Virus record (IMG/VR): IMGVR_UViG_3300031760_000002
Location: 96,001 to 160,000 of that record
Length of the DNA: 64,000 nt
Source of the DNA: a virus
Lineage: Duplodnaviria; Caudoviricetes
Strand: one strand, 5' to 3'
A program made the translations under genes and the position numbers. Shown in pieces: positions 38,023 to 45,966 of this stretch. Numbering within the stretch: the stretch's first letter is position 1; each line of letters starts with the position of its first letter. Below the pieces are notes generated by a model that worked only from the letters and a program-made list of their open reading frames with translations, was not told the origin of the DNA and did no database searches.

Positions 38023-38942
38023 CTGAAGATTTTTCCTCCGAATCCCTTCCCGAATTGTGTCTTTATCGGCGTGTTCGGTTCGCCACGCATTTTTTTATCA
38101 AGCTTCGACCACACCTCGGAATAGGTACGGCCTTTGCCATAGGATTGTATCAGCTTGTTCGTAAAAATTCCACCTGTCCCTGCTCCGTACGAGTATTCAT
38201 TCTCCTGCGACGCCGACCAGCACAGCAGCCTCGGACCCGCCTTTTCGTACCTGTCCAGCGCCTGTTCGACGTACCTGCTCTTCTCGTAGTCCGGAAGCGA
38301 CATGGCATCGGATTTTGCCCTTGAAAGGTCCAAATCCCTGTCGAATTCGTACTTGTGTAGGAACCTACGAAACGTAAACGGGTACGGCCCCGTCTTCATG
38401 TCTATGGACTCCTTGCGGTCTATCGCACGGTACATCGTACCGGAATGGCAGCAATCGAATATGCACATCACCCTGCCCTTCGACTTGCATATTATGGACC
38501 ATATCCGGTCGTCCAGAATCATTCTGTCGTACGGGCAAAGATATTCGTTCCTCCCGTCCGTCTCCCCGAACCTGTTCTTGGATTCGTTCTCGTCCCTTCC
38601 ACCATGACCGGAGTAATAGAATATGCACAGGTCGTGCCCAACGGCCGCTTCCAACGCCGAAACGACGTTTGCCGCGGTGGCCTGCTGGTTCAGAAGCAAC
38701 GTTAGGCCGCCGGACGCGTATTGCTTCAACAGCGAAGCCATGTTGGACGCGTCAATGCCCGCGCCGGGGCAGTTTCCGGCGAACCTGGACTTCTCGAGGC
38801 CGACGCATACCACCGCCGTGTCCTTCGACTCCTCGGACCTGTCCGAAAGCTTCGACTTTATCCTGCCCCAGTTCGCAAAAAGGGTGAATCCCGCTACCGC
38901 GAGCCCCGAGGCTCCGAAAAGAATCTCGCCAAGCATGCGCAA
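38019..38942 (-). CDS. caspase-like/metacaspase cysteine peptidase (C14) with N-terminal membrane anchor
   Basis: FYYSGHGG and IFDCCHSG catalytic dyad motifs; SASQENEYS, GIFTNKL. Confidence 0.88.
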   Translation of the reverse strand: MRMLGEILFGASGLAVAGFTLFANWGRIKSKLSDRSEESKDTAVVCVGLEKSRFAGNCPGAGIDASNMASLLKQYASGGLTLLLNQQATAANVVSALEAAVGHDLCIFYYSGHGGRDENESKNRFGETDGRNEYLCPYDRMILDDRIWSIICKSKGRVMCIFDCCHSGTMYRAIDRKESIDMKTGPYPFTFRRFLHKYEFDRDLDLSRAKSDAMSLPDYEKSRYVEQALDRYEKAGPRLLCWSASQENEYSYGAGTGGIFTNKLIQSYGKGRTYSEVWSKLDKKMRGEPNTPIKTQFGKGFGGKIFR

Positions 38943-38952
38943 ACCTCCGTTC

Positions 38953-39174
38953 TCAAAGGATGAAAAACAGCCAAGACAGCATAAGAAATCCCTCCAGCCA
39001 CAAAATGGACCTCATCATCGACTCGACGACGAAGTCGTACCAGTCGTACCGGACGCCCGGTTTCCTGGGAGGATCCCTGGAAACGGCCAGTACGACGAAC
39101 GACGCCGCCATCACCGACGCGGATACGGACAGCCCTCCGTAAAGCAAATACCGTATGAAATCCTGTATTGACAT
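38953..39174 (-). CDS. small two-TM membrane protein
   Basis: start reassigned to MSIQDFIRY; two hydrophobic helices. Confidence 0.5.
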   Translation of the reverse strand: MSIQDFIRYLLYGGLSVSASVMAASFVVLAVSRDPPRKPGVRYDWYDFVVESMMRSILWLEGFLMLSWLFFIL

Positions 39175-41837
39175 TAACCGCCCTGCTGCATCTGCTGGAT
39201 CATCATTTGCTGTCCTTGCGACGACAGCTGCTGCCTCTGGTCTTGAAGCTGCCCCTTCACCATGGCCCACAGCGTCGGGTTGGTCTGCTTGATTGACGCG
39301 AGGGTCTGCCTTGTATGGGCCGGATTGTTCTCGGCGATCAGCTGCTGCGCGATCTGCTCGGCCTGCTGCGCAACGTCGCCGGGGGTGGCGCCTACCTGGC
39401 CGCCGGGACCGTTCATGCCGCTCCCGCCTCCTCCGCCACCGCCTCCGCCGCCTCCCATGGCGCCGTTGGCCTGCTGGGCCTGGGCGTCCGCCATGGCCTT
39501 CTCCTGCATCTTCTGGACGTCCTGCTGCTCCTTGATGATCCTGCGCTGCTCGTCGAGGTAGTCGATGCCGATCGTCCTGTACGCGGTCTGCTTCGAGATG
39601 TCCTGCCCTGCGGCGGCCTGCATCTGGATGCCCTTCTTCTCGAGGTCGTCGGCGAGCGTGATCGGGGTAAGATGGACTTCGACCGGATCCCACTGCATGT
39701 AGTTGGAGATCTCGTCGGTGATCCACTGCAGGATGTTGTTTATGCCGGAAACGAACGGGTTCCATTCGCGTTCGAACAGCCTGAGCGCAACCGGCGCGGC
39801 CTGCAGCGACAGGGTGCCGGCGAACAGCTCCTGGGGGAATCCAAGCGAGTTCAGGAGCTCCTGGGTCGCCTCCTGGATCGACTCCTTTGGCGCAAGCTGC
39901 TTTGCCTCTCCTCCGATCAGCTCGTACCCGATGGCCCACGGTGCCACTTCGATGGAGGTCATGTTCATACGCTTCTTCTCCACCATGGACGACATGGCGG
40001 CTATGAAGGTCTGCATGGAAATCTGGGTGAGCGGATCCTGGCCTCCCGGCGCGTTTCCCTGCGGGTACAGGATGCGGAACGGCACGATGAAGTCCAACGC
40101 AATCGCTTCGTCGTAACGACGCATGAGCTGGATGTAGTATGCCAGCTTGAAGTAGGGAAGGATCGGCGGGATGCCCCAGCCCTTGATCGGAAGACCGGCG
40201 AAAACGGCGTCCCTGAGATGGTATATCTTGTCCGGATCGAACTCGAAGAGGTGCTCCTCCCCGTCCCCCGTGTGGTCGTCGTTAAGGCAGGTCTCTATGA
40301 ATCCCCAGGACACGTTGTTGATGTAGAACGGGTCTCCCTTCCTGACCCTTTCGACGAACTTGGGATCCATCTTGTAGTAGTACTTCAGCTCTCCGGTGAT
40401 GTCGTTCACCTTCAGCTTTATCCTTTTAGGATCCCAACGGTTTATCCTTATCTTGGAAGTATCCCTTGAACGCCTGTCCACGCGCTTGAACGGAACCTTG
40501 CCATGCTTGCACTTCGGGCATTCGCAAATGAATTCGCCTTTGGTGGCCGAGAACTCGTATTTTATCTTGGATATATGCACCTGTGCACCGCAGCCGGGGC
40601 ACTGCAGGTACCTCTCGAACGGAAGATACACGGAGACGAAGGAGTTTCCGTAGCAGTTTCCCGTCACGAGCCCTCCTTCGAGGGCGAACGTATGCGTTGC
40701 CGGTTCTACGCAGCAGAACACCTCCTCCGTACGGTACCTGCTTCCGATCCTGGTCGGCGAGGTGGCTATCCTGGCCTTCACGGTCTTGGACGTCCTGTAC
40801 AGGTCCTTCTGGTCCTGGCACAGGAAATCGTCCTCGAGAAGGCTTGAAATGCGGAACGGCATGTAGTACCGTTCGTAGTCGGACCATATCCTGCGCTTCA
40901 CGATCGACTTTGGCACAAGCCCCAGCTGTATCATGCCCTCCCGCACCGCGGAAAGCTTCTTCCTGTCGTTGTGGGTAAGGAAGAACGAATTGGCCTTCGG
41001 CTGGAAGAATCCCGATACCGAGGCCATTCCGCCGAAGAATCCGTACCAATACGACCGGGACGCGTTCTTTGGCACGTCCTTCATGGAGGCGTCGACCTCC
41101 AGACCGTATGCGGACTTGTACTCCTCAAGGAACCTGGATTCGTAATAAAGCGGCTTCTCCCTGAGGCCGAAGACTATCCCGTGCAGCCCTCCGGCCACGT
41201 AGTCCCGGTTCTTTTCCGGCCTTGGAACCATGACGACCGGTATCCGGCTGCTCTTCTTGAGCTCGTCCGTCCTGCACTGGACGTAGGCGTGCTCCTCCTT
41301 GCCGTTGCACTTCCTGTACCACCTGTGGTCGGCCGTGACCCTGCACTCCGTGCCGTTCCCGAAATGGACGTCGACCGTCTTCTGCCTGCCGAACGACTTG
41401 AACGACGCGACATGCCACTTTCCGTCTATCGACAGCACCTTGGCCCTCTTTCCGGCCAGGTCCCTTATCTTGAACACGCCCTTGTCCGTGACAACCCTTG
41501 TGCTTCCGCCGAAGCAGAAATAGTCCTTGCCTATGTCCTGCAGCCTCTGGATGATGTTGATGTCCTTGTCGAACACCTTCTCGTACTTCTCGCGTACGTC
41601 GTCGGCCACGTCGTTGATCTCGACATCGGTGAGAAAGTACGATACGACCCTGTTTATGACGGCCATGAACGGCGGTATGGTGAGCATCAGGTACTCGGAC
41701 CACGTGAACGCGTCGTTGATGTTCGTCGGTATGTACGCCGACGCGATGTCCATGAACGGGTTCGGATACTTGTAGGCGTCCGGAAACCTGCCCCCGTCCC
41801 ACGGTGTGCCTGAAAACGCGGATGTATTCTGTGTCAT
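39174..41837 (-). CDS. portal protein with intein and zinc-ribbon insertion
   Basis: spliced extein DIGKDYF|CYGNSFVS, IYHLR...WGIPPI, LGFPQEL; first gene of the morphogenesis operon; start reassigned to MTQNTS because the upstream GTG lies inside a tRNA. Confidence 0.75.
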   Translation of the reverse strand: MTQNTSAFSGTPWDGGRFPDAYKYPNPFMDIASAYIPTNINDAFTWSEYLMLTIPPFMAVINRVVSYFLTDVEINDVADDVREKYEKVFDKDINIIQRLQDIGKDYFCFGGSTRVVTDKGVFKIRDLAGKRAKVLSIDGKWHVASFKSFGRQKTVDVHFGNGTECRVTADHRWYRKCNGKEEHAYVQCRTDELKKSSRIPVVMVPRPEKNRDYVAGGLHGIVFGLREKPLYYESRFLEEYKSAYGLEVDASMKDVPKNASRSYWYGFFGGMASVSGFFQPKANSFFLTHNDRKKLSAVREGMIQLGLVPKSIVKRRIWSDYERYYMPFRISSLLEDDFLCQDQKDLYRTSKTVKARIATSPTRIGSRYRTEEVFCCVEPATHTFALEGGLVTGNCYGNSFVSVYLPFERYLQCPGCGAQVHISKIKYEFSATKGEFICECPKCKHGKVPFKRVDRRSRDTSKIRINRWDPKRIKLKVNDITGELKYYYKMDPKFVERVRKGDPFYINNVSWGFIETCLNDDHTGDGEEHLFEFDPDKIYHLRDAVFAGLPIKGWGIPPILPYFKLAYYIQLMRRYDEAIALDFIVPFRILYPQGNAPGGQDPLTQISMQTFIAAMSSMVEKKRMNMTSIEVAPWAIGYELIGGEAKQLAPKESIQEATQELLNSLGFPQELFAGTLSLQAAPVALRLFEREWNPFVSGINNILQWITDEISNYMQWDPVEVHLTPITLADDLEKKGIQMQAAAGQDISKQTAYRTIGIDYLDEQRRIIKEQQDVQKMQEKAMADAQAQQANGAMGGGGGGGGGGGSGMNGPGGQVGATPGDVAQQAEQIAQQLIAENNPAHTRQTLASIKQTNPTLWAMVKGQLQDQRQQLSSQGQQMMIQQMQQGG
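40656..41516 (-). mobile_element. intein (287 aa) with degenerate LAGLIDADG-like endonuclease region
   Basis: block A CFGGSTRVVT, block B RVTADHRW, C-terminus VFCCVEPATHTFALEGGLVTGN|C. Confidence 0.9.
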
Positions 41838-41850
41838 GTCGCTATGAAGA

Positions 41851-41924
41851 TGGTTGCGGGTCCAGGAATCGAACCTGGTTCGAGGGATTATGAATCCCAC
41901 GTGTTTCCGTTACACCAACCCGCG
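41851..41924 (-). tRNA. tRNA-Met(CAT), initiator-like
   Basis: full cloverleaf, loop TTCATAA, C1xA72 mismatch, encoded CCA. Confidence 0.85.
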
Positions 41925-41942
41925 GTTTATGGAATTTGCACC

Positions 41943-41972
41943 AATATACGGCAAAAACCGCTTCTATGTCAA
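41943..41972 (-). promoter_or_regulatory. sigma70-like promoter upstream of tRNA-Met/portal
   Basis: TTGACA-18 nt-TATATT. Confidence 0.6.
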
Positions 41973-41977
41973 TAAAT

Positions 41978-42040
41978 AAAAAACCGGGCCTGTAGCGAGC
42001 CATGTACTCCCCCAAACCAACAACCGCCCTTGGGCCCGGC
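41978..42040 (-). ncRNA. candidate ~63-nt small RNA
   Basis: own promoter, terminal stem CCGGGCC/GGCCCGG, U-tract end. Confidence 0.4.
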
Positions 42041-42046
42041 AATAGA

Positions 42047-42075
42047 AGTATCGCATATGCGGCGGAAAGAGTCAA
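42047..42075 (-). promoter_or_regulatory. sigma70-like promoter
   Basis: TTGACT-17 nt-GATACT with extended TG. Confidence 0.5.
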
Positions 42076-42080
42076 CAGAT

Positions 42081-42107
42081 AAAAAAAAACGCCGGCCTAA
42101 GCCGGCG
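42081..42107 (-). terminator. rho-independent terminator
   Basis: CGCCGGC-TTAG-GCCGGCG followed by T9. Confidence 0.85.
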
Positions 42108-42115
42108 CCGCCCCG

Positions 42116-42364
42116 CTAGGGACTGTCTTTTTTCAAATCTTTCCGTCTATGCCTTATAGGCACGTCAAGCGATACCCTGAGCAGCCCGCACCTCTTCTTC
42201 GTAGCCTCGTCTATCCTTGCAACCAGCCTGTTGGCCTCGGCCCTGTCAGTGATCTCGAGCTTCGCGCCGTCAAACTCCAGAACCAATACGTCTCCGGTTA
42301 GCTTTTTACGTATGTACCTCGACCGAAGTATCCTGCTTACCAGCGGCTGACCCTCTATCGTCAT
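42116..42364 (-). CDS. hypothetical protein
   Basis: 82 aa, ATGA-coupled. Confidence 0.55.
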   Translation of the reverse strand: MTIEGQPLVSRILRSRYIRKKLTGDVLVLEFDGAKLEITDRAEANRLVARIDEATKKRCGLLRVSLDVPIRHRRKDLKKDSP

Positions 42365-42555
42365 TCCTTGTCCGCCTTTTCGTCCTCTTCAATAGCCTTG
42401 TTCATCGATTCCATCTTGATCCTGATCTGCTCGATGCTGGTCTGCGCTTCCTTCATGATCCCCTGGGCCCTGTTTATGCAGGCGGCCGCCGTCTTGATCG
42501 CCTCGTCGGAAGCTTCCTTGATCCTGGCCTCCGTGGCCACGTTCCTCTTTTCCAT
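42361..42555 (-). CDS. small coiled-coil protein
   Basis: 64 aa. Confidence 0.55.
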   Translation of the reverse strand: MEKRNVATEARIKEASDEAIKTAAACINRAQGIMKEAQTSIEQIRIKMESMNKAIEEDEKADKE

Positions 42556-42559
42556 TTTT

Positions 42560-43144
42560 TTATCCCTTCTGTTTCTTCAGCTCCATTGCGAGCTGGTGTT
42601 CGTCTGAAAGCAACGCGCTCATCACGCAATTGGAGACAAGCGTGTCGCTGAATTCGTTCCTTAGCCTGGCCATGGCCCTGTCTATGCAGTACGCAACCTT
42701 GCCGGCCGTGTCCCATCCTTCGCCCTTCAAATTGATCACGGATCCTACGGCTGACCGGACCGACCCCCTGGCCAGCTCAAGGTACTTCTTCGCCTTCGGA
42801 TCGTCCTTCCTTCCCTGCGTGACCCAGATGTCGTACTTCATGAAAAGCCGTGCCGCCTCCATCAGGTGGTCGAAGCACTCCTGCACGCTGTCCGGCACCA
42901 CCCTGGTGGCTTCGGAACATGTGGCCTTCGTCTTCTCAGTACAGCCCTTTCCCGCGTCCTGCAGACTCTGGATCCGGACTATGATCCCTTTCTTGACGAG
43001 GTCGACGACCTTCCTGTGCAGTTCGTTGCGGCCCATTTTTCCGGCCCTTCTGCACTCAATCCCGCAATCGTTGCAAGCCTTGGCGTACAGCTTCCTGAGC
43101 TCGCTAGTCTCGCATTTGTCTAGATCAAGTTCCGTGAACGTCAT
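42560..43144 (-). CDS. hypothetical protein
   Basis: 194 aa. Confidence 0.6.
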   Translation of the reverse strand: MTFTELDLDKCETSELRKLYAKACNDCGIECRRAGKMGRNELHRKVVDLVKKGIIVRIQSLQDAGKGCTEKTKATCSEATRVVPDSVQECFDHLMEAARLFMKYDIWVTQGRKDDPKAKKYLELARGSVRSAVGSVINLKGEGWDTAGKVAYCIDRAMARLRNEFSDTLVSNCVMSALLSDEHQLAMELKKQKG

Positions 43145-43273
43145 CTCGAAAATCCGGTTGAATGCCGTCCGCGCGACAGGGTTGTCCGATCTACCTGCAT
43201 CTCCTGGGCGACTTACCGGACGGCCATGCCCCGTCCGGTTGTTAGTCTACGCGCGGACCACGTCGTTGCTTCG

Positions 43274-44233
43274 CTACTTCGATTCGAACGAATTGAACTT
43301 GAGCCCCTCGACGATCTTGTCGAACCGCTTGGCGATGAGGTCGTCCCTGTCGCCGCCGATACGGACGTTGAGGTAGGCCGGCTCATAGCTCTGCTTGTCG
43401 GCCGGAACGCTCTTGTAGCTCTTCTGGAAGAACTGGACCTCGTACACGAAGTTTCCGTGCTTCACGTCTACGTGCGACGCCACGAACTTCACGCGGGAGG
43501 ACGGAACGGCGTACTTGCTGCATTCCAGGACCGTCTTCTTGAGGTCGTCGATCATCGGGGTGACGCGCTGCTTCTTCACCTTCGGCTTGGCGGTCGGCTT
43601 CTTCACCGGCTTCTTGAACTCCTTGCCGCCGTCCTTCGCCAAGTCCACGGACTCGTCTTTGGTGGGCTTCGGCTTCGCCTTGAGCGGCGGACGCATCACG
43701 GTGAACGAGGAAACGGCGGTGTCGAACGCCGCGATCGAGTCCTCCAGGATTGGGGTGACGCGAACTATGGCGGATTCTGAGCATACCCTGGTGGTCCCGG
43801 CGTCGTCCTTTTCGGTCTTTCCGACGGACACGGCGAACGAGACGGAATTCCCGTCGTCAAGCTCCGGGACACGCCTGCCGGAAACGTCGAACCCGCTGAA
43901 ATCGAACTTGGACCTCTCCACCATGATGCGGAACATGCGGTCCGCAGGATCGTACCCTGCGCAGCCGGCCGTCTCCTTGCCTCCTTCGACGACCATGCCG
44001 GAAAGGGCCTTGCAGACGTCGGCGCAAGACTGCGCCTCCCTGGACAGGAACCTCATGACGCCCTCCAGCTTTTTTGCCGCATCGGCGTATTCGCCGGCCT
44101 TTCGACGGTTGTCGTCGAACATCTTCCTGACGACAGCGTCCACGTCGAACGGAACCTTGGCCCCGTCGTGGTCATTCTTGCATACGCAAGCCTTCTTGCA
44201 AGCATGCTTGCACGTCTTGTTCTCGTGTTTCAT
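43274..44233 (-). CDS. hypothetical protein
   Basis: start reassigned to MKHENK, downstream of a promoter. Confidence 0.65.
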   Translation of the reverse strand: MKHENKTCKHACKKACVCKNDHDGAKVPFDVDAVVRKMFDDNRRKAGEYADAAKKLEGVMRFLSREAQSCADVCKALSGMVVEGGKETAGCAGYDPADRMFRIMVERSKFDFSGFDVSGRRVPELDDGNSVSFAVSVGKTEKDDAGTTRVCSESAIVRVTPILEDSIAAFDTAVSSFTVMRPPLKAKPKPTKDESVDLAKDGGKEFKKPVKKPTAKPKVKKQRVTPMIDDLKKTVLECSKYAVPSSRVKFVASHVDVKHGNFVYEVQFFQKSYKSVPADKQSYEPAYLNVRIGGDRDDLIAKRFDKIVEGLKFNSFESK

Positions 44234-44269
44234 GTGTGTTTGTTGTTGGTTGGTGGTCAACGCCCGCAT

Positions 44270-44298
44270 ATCATATGAAAAACTTGGTTCTGTGTCAA
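44270..44298 (-). promoter_or_regulatory. sigma70-like promoter
   Basis: TTGACA-17 nt-TATGAT. Confidence 0.7.
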
Positions 44299-45191
44299 GC
44301 CGTTTCGGTGGATTCTTTCTTCTTGTCGACGATGAAGCACAGGCCCATTATGCCAAGCTCCTCTATGTCGAAGCTGACCCCGGTGTATATCGTATCGGAC
44401 ACGGAATCCTTGACCCCTATCCTCACATGCGCGCCGGTCCTCGGCACGAACGTCATGGAGTCGTTGTTCGTAGGGAGTATGACCGTGATCCCGTACAGAG
44501 ACCTTACAACGGCGACGGCCGACACGTTGAAGGTCGTCTCCGTCGTGCCGATCTGCACTCTCGTACGGCGCTTCGACCATTCCTCGAACGGGCCAGGCTT
44601 GACGACCTCCTTCTCGACGACCTTCTCGACCTCCTTGTATACAGGAACCTCCTTCGTGACGTATACGGGCTTCTCCACGACCTTCTCAACGACCTGCGAC
44701 CGCCTTTTCCTGGCCCCCTGCTTCACCGATGGGGCCTCGACGGCCACCTCCTCGGAGACAACTGGAACGGACTCCGTACGAACGGGAACGGGCTCCGTGC
44801 GAACGGCCTCGCTCGCGGTTGCGTCGACGGAGGAGACCGGACCGCCCTGCTCGGGGGCCGGGCCATCCCCGACCTTCATCTTCAGCAGTTCGACCTGCTC
44901 CTCGGTGAGCGCCCCGTGCTGCGCGACGTGCATCTTGTTGTACGGGGAGTTGGACGACGGGTGGTCGTACAGGGCCGGGTCGTTGTCATCGATGCCGCCG
45001 GGGATCGGAGGCAACTCGCCGCGTAGCCTCTTGTTCATGTTCGACGCAGCCTCCATGTAGTCCACGGGCTTCCCGTACGAGATGGCCTTCTTGTTCGGTG
45101 GGATGCCGCCCACGCCGAGCTGTATCCCCGAACCGTCGGTCCTCGGAACCCTGGGAAAATCCTTCAAAGAATCGAATGTGACGTTTTCCAT
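44295..45191 (-). CDS. hypothetical protein with VEKVVEK low-complexity segment
   Basis: 298 aa, GGAGG RBS. Confidence 0.65.
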   Translation of the reverse strand: MENVTFDSLKDFPRVPRTDGSGIQLGVGGIPPNKKAISYGKPVDYMEAASNMNKRLRGELPPIPGGIDDNDPALYDHPSSNSPYNKMHVAQHGALTEEQVELLKMKVGDGPAPEQGGPVSSVDATASEAVRTEPVPVRTESVPVVSEEVAVEAPSVKQGARKRRSQVVEKVVEKPVYVTKEVPVYKEVEKVVEKEVVKPGPFEEWSKRRTRVQIGTTETTFNVSAVAVVRSLYGITVILPTNNDSMTFVPRTGAHVRIGVKDSVSDTIYTGVSFDIEELGIMGLCFIVDKKKESTETA

Positions 45192-45201
45192 GCGTTGCCT
45201 C

Positions 45202-45966
45202 CTATAGAAATTCCGATTTGAATTCGATGCCGGACATCGACGATATCTCCCCGTCGTAATCGCGGCACCTGTTGCGATACCTTCTGTTTATGCCTATCAC
45301 GTCGACGAAGGGCTCCGGCTTCCCGTCGTCCGACGCCGTCTTGACCGACTTGGGGAACAGCACCCTGGCGTTGTCGGTGTAGCCGTAGTTGTTGTCGATC
45401 AGGTACTGGCATGCCGCGCCATGCGACATGTCGTGGAGCAGCCCGCCAGGCATGAACTCCGACGGCCTCGCCATGAACGGGCACGTCGGGTCTATGACAT
45501 GCGGGCAGCACACGTTGTTTGAGCCTATCTGCCAGAAGTCGTCGGAATACCCGTTGAGCGCGTATCCGCAAATGCCGGTCGCATGGGCCATGACCCATCC
45601 GGAAAGCTGCACCATCTTGACGGAGTGGTCGTCCGCAAGAACCCTCTCGACCTTGGAAAGCCCCATTCGGAAAACGGGCCACCAGAACGGGGGAAGCACG
45701 AGGACCGGCCTGTCCTCCTTCACCCGTACGTTCAGGAAGAACGACTCGACCGTTGCGGCTACGGCGGACGTCGTGTTCATCGCCGAAACGGAGGCCCTCA
45801 CGAACGGTATGCCGTCCCTCTCCAGCATCCCGGACACGCGGGACGACCCGGAGATGAAGATCGGCTCGGACGACTCGATCCTGTCGGGAACGGCTGACAC
45901 GTAGGCCGAGCACATGCTCTCTATGCACGGGATGGACGCGGACGGAACCGGGATCAGCACTTTCAT
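45202..45966 (-). CDS. hypothetical protein (possibly a divergent glycosyltransferase)
   Basis: start reassigned to MKVLIPVP, ATGA-coupled to the GT8 gene. Confidence 0.55.
   Translation of the reverse strand: MKVLIPVPSASIPCIESMCSAYVSAVPDRIESSEPIFISGSSRVSGMLERDGIPFVRASVSAMNTTSAVAATVESFFLNVRVKEDRPVLVLPPFWWPVFRMGLSKVERVLADDHSVKMVQLSGWVMAHATGICGYALNGYSDDFWQIGSNNVCCPHVIDPTCPFMARPSEFMPGGLLHDMSHGAACQYLIDNNYGYTDNARVLFPKSVKTASDDGKPEPFVDVIGINRRYRNRCRDYDGEISSMSGIEFKSEFL

Noticed and set aside
41838-41900. N-terminal extension of the portal ORF from the GTG at 41900
   Set aside because: It lies inside the tRNA-Met gene; the ATG at 41837 is more plausible.
43145-43273. Riboswitch in a GC-rich intergenic hairpin region
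   Set aside because: A hairpin (ACCGGACGG/CCGTCCGGT) is present, but I could not match a full known aptamer consensus on the coding strand.
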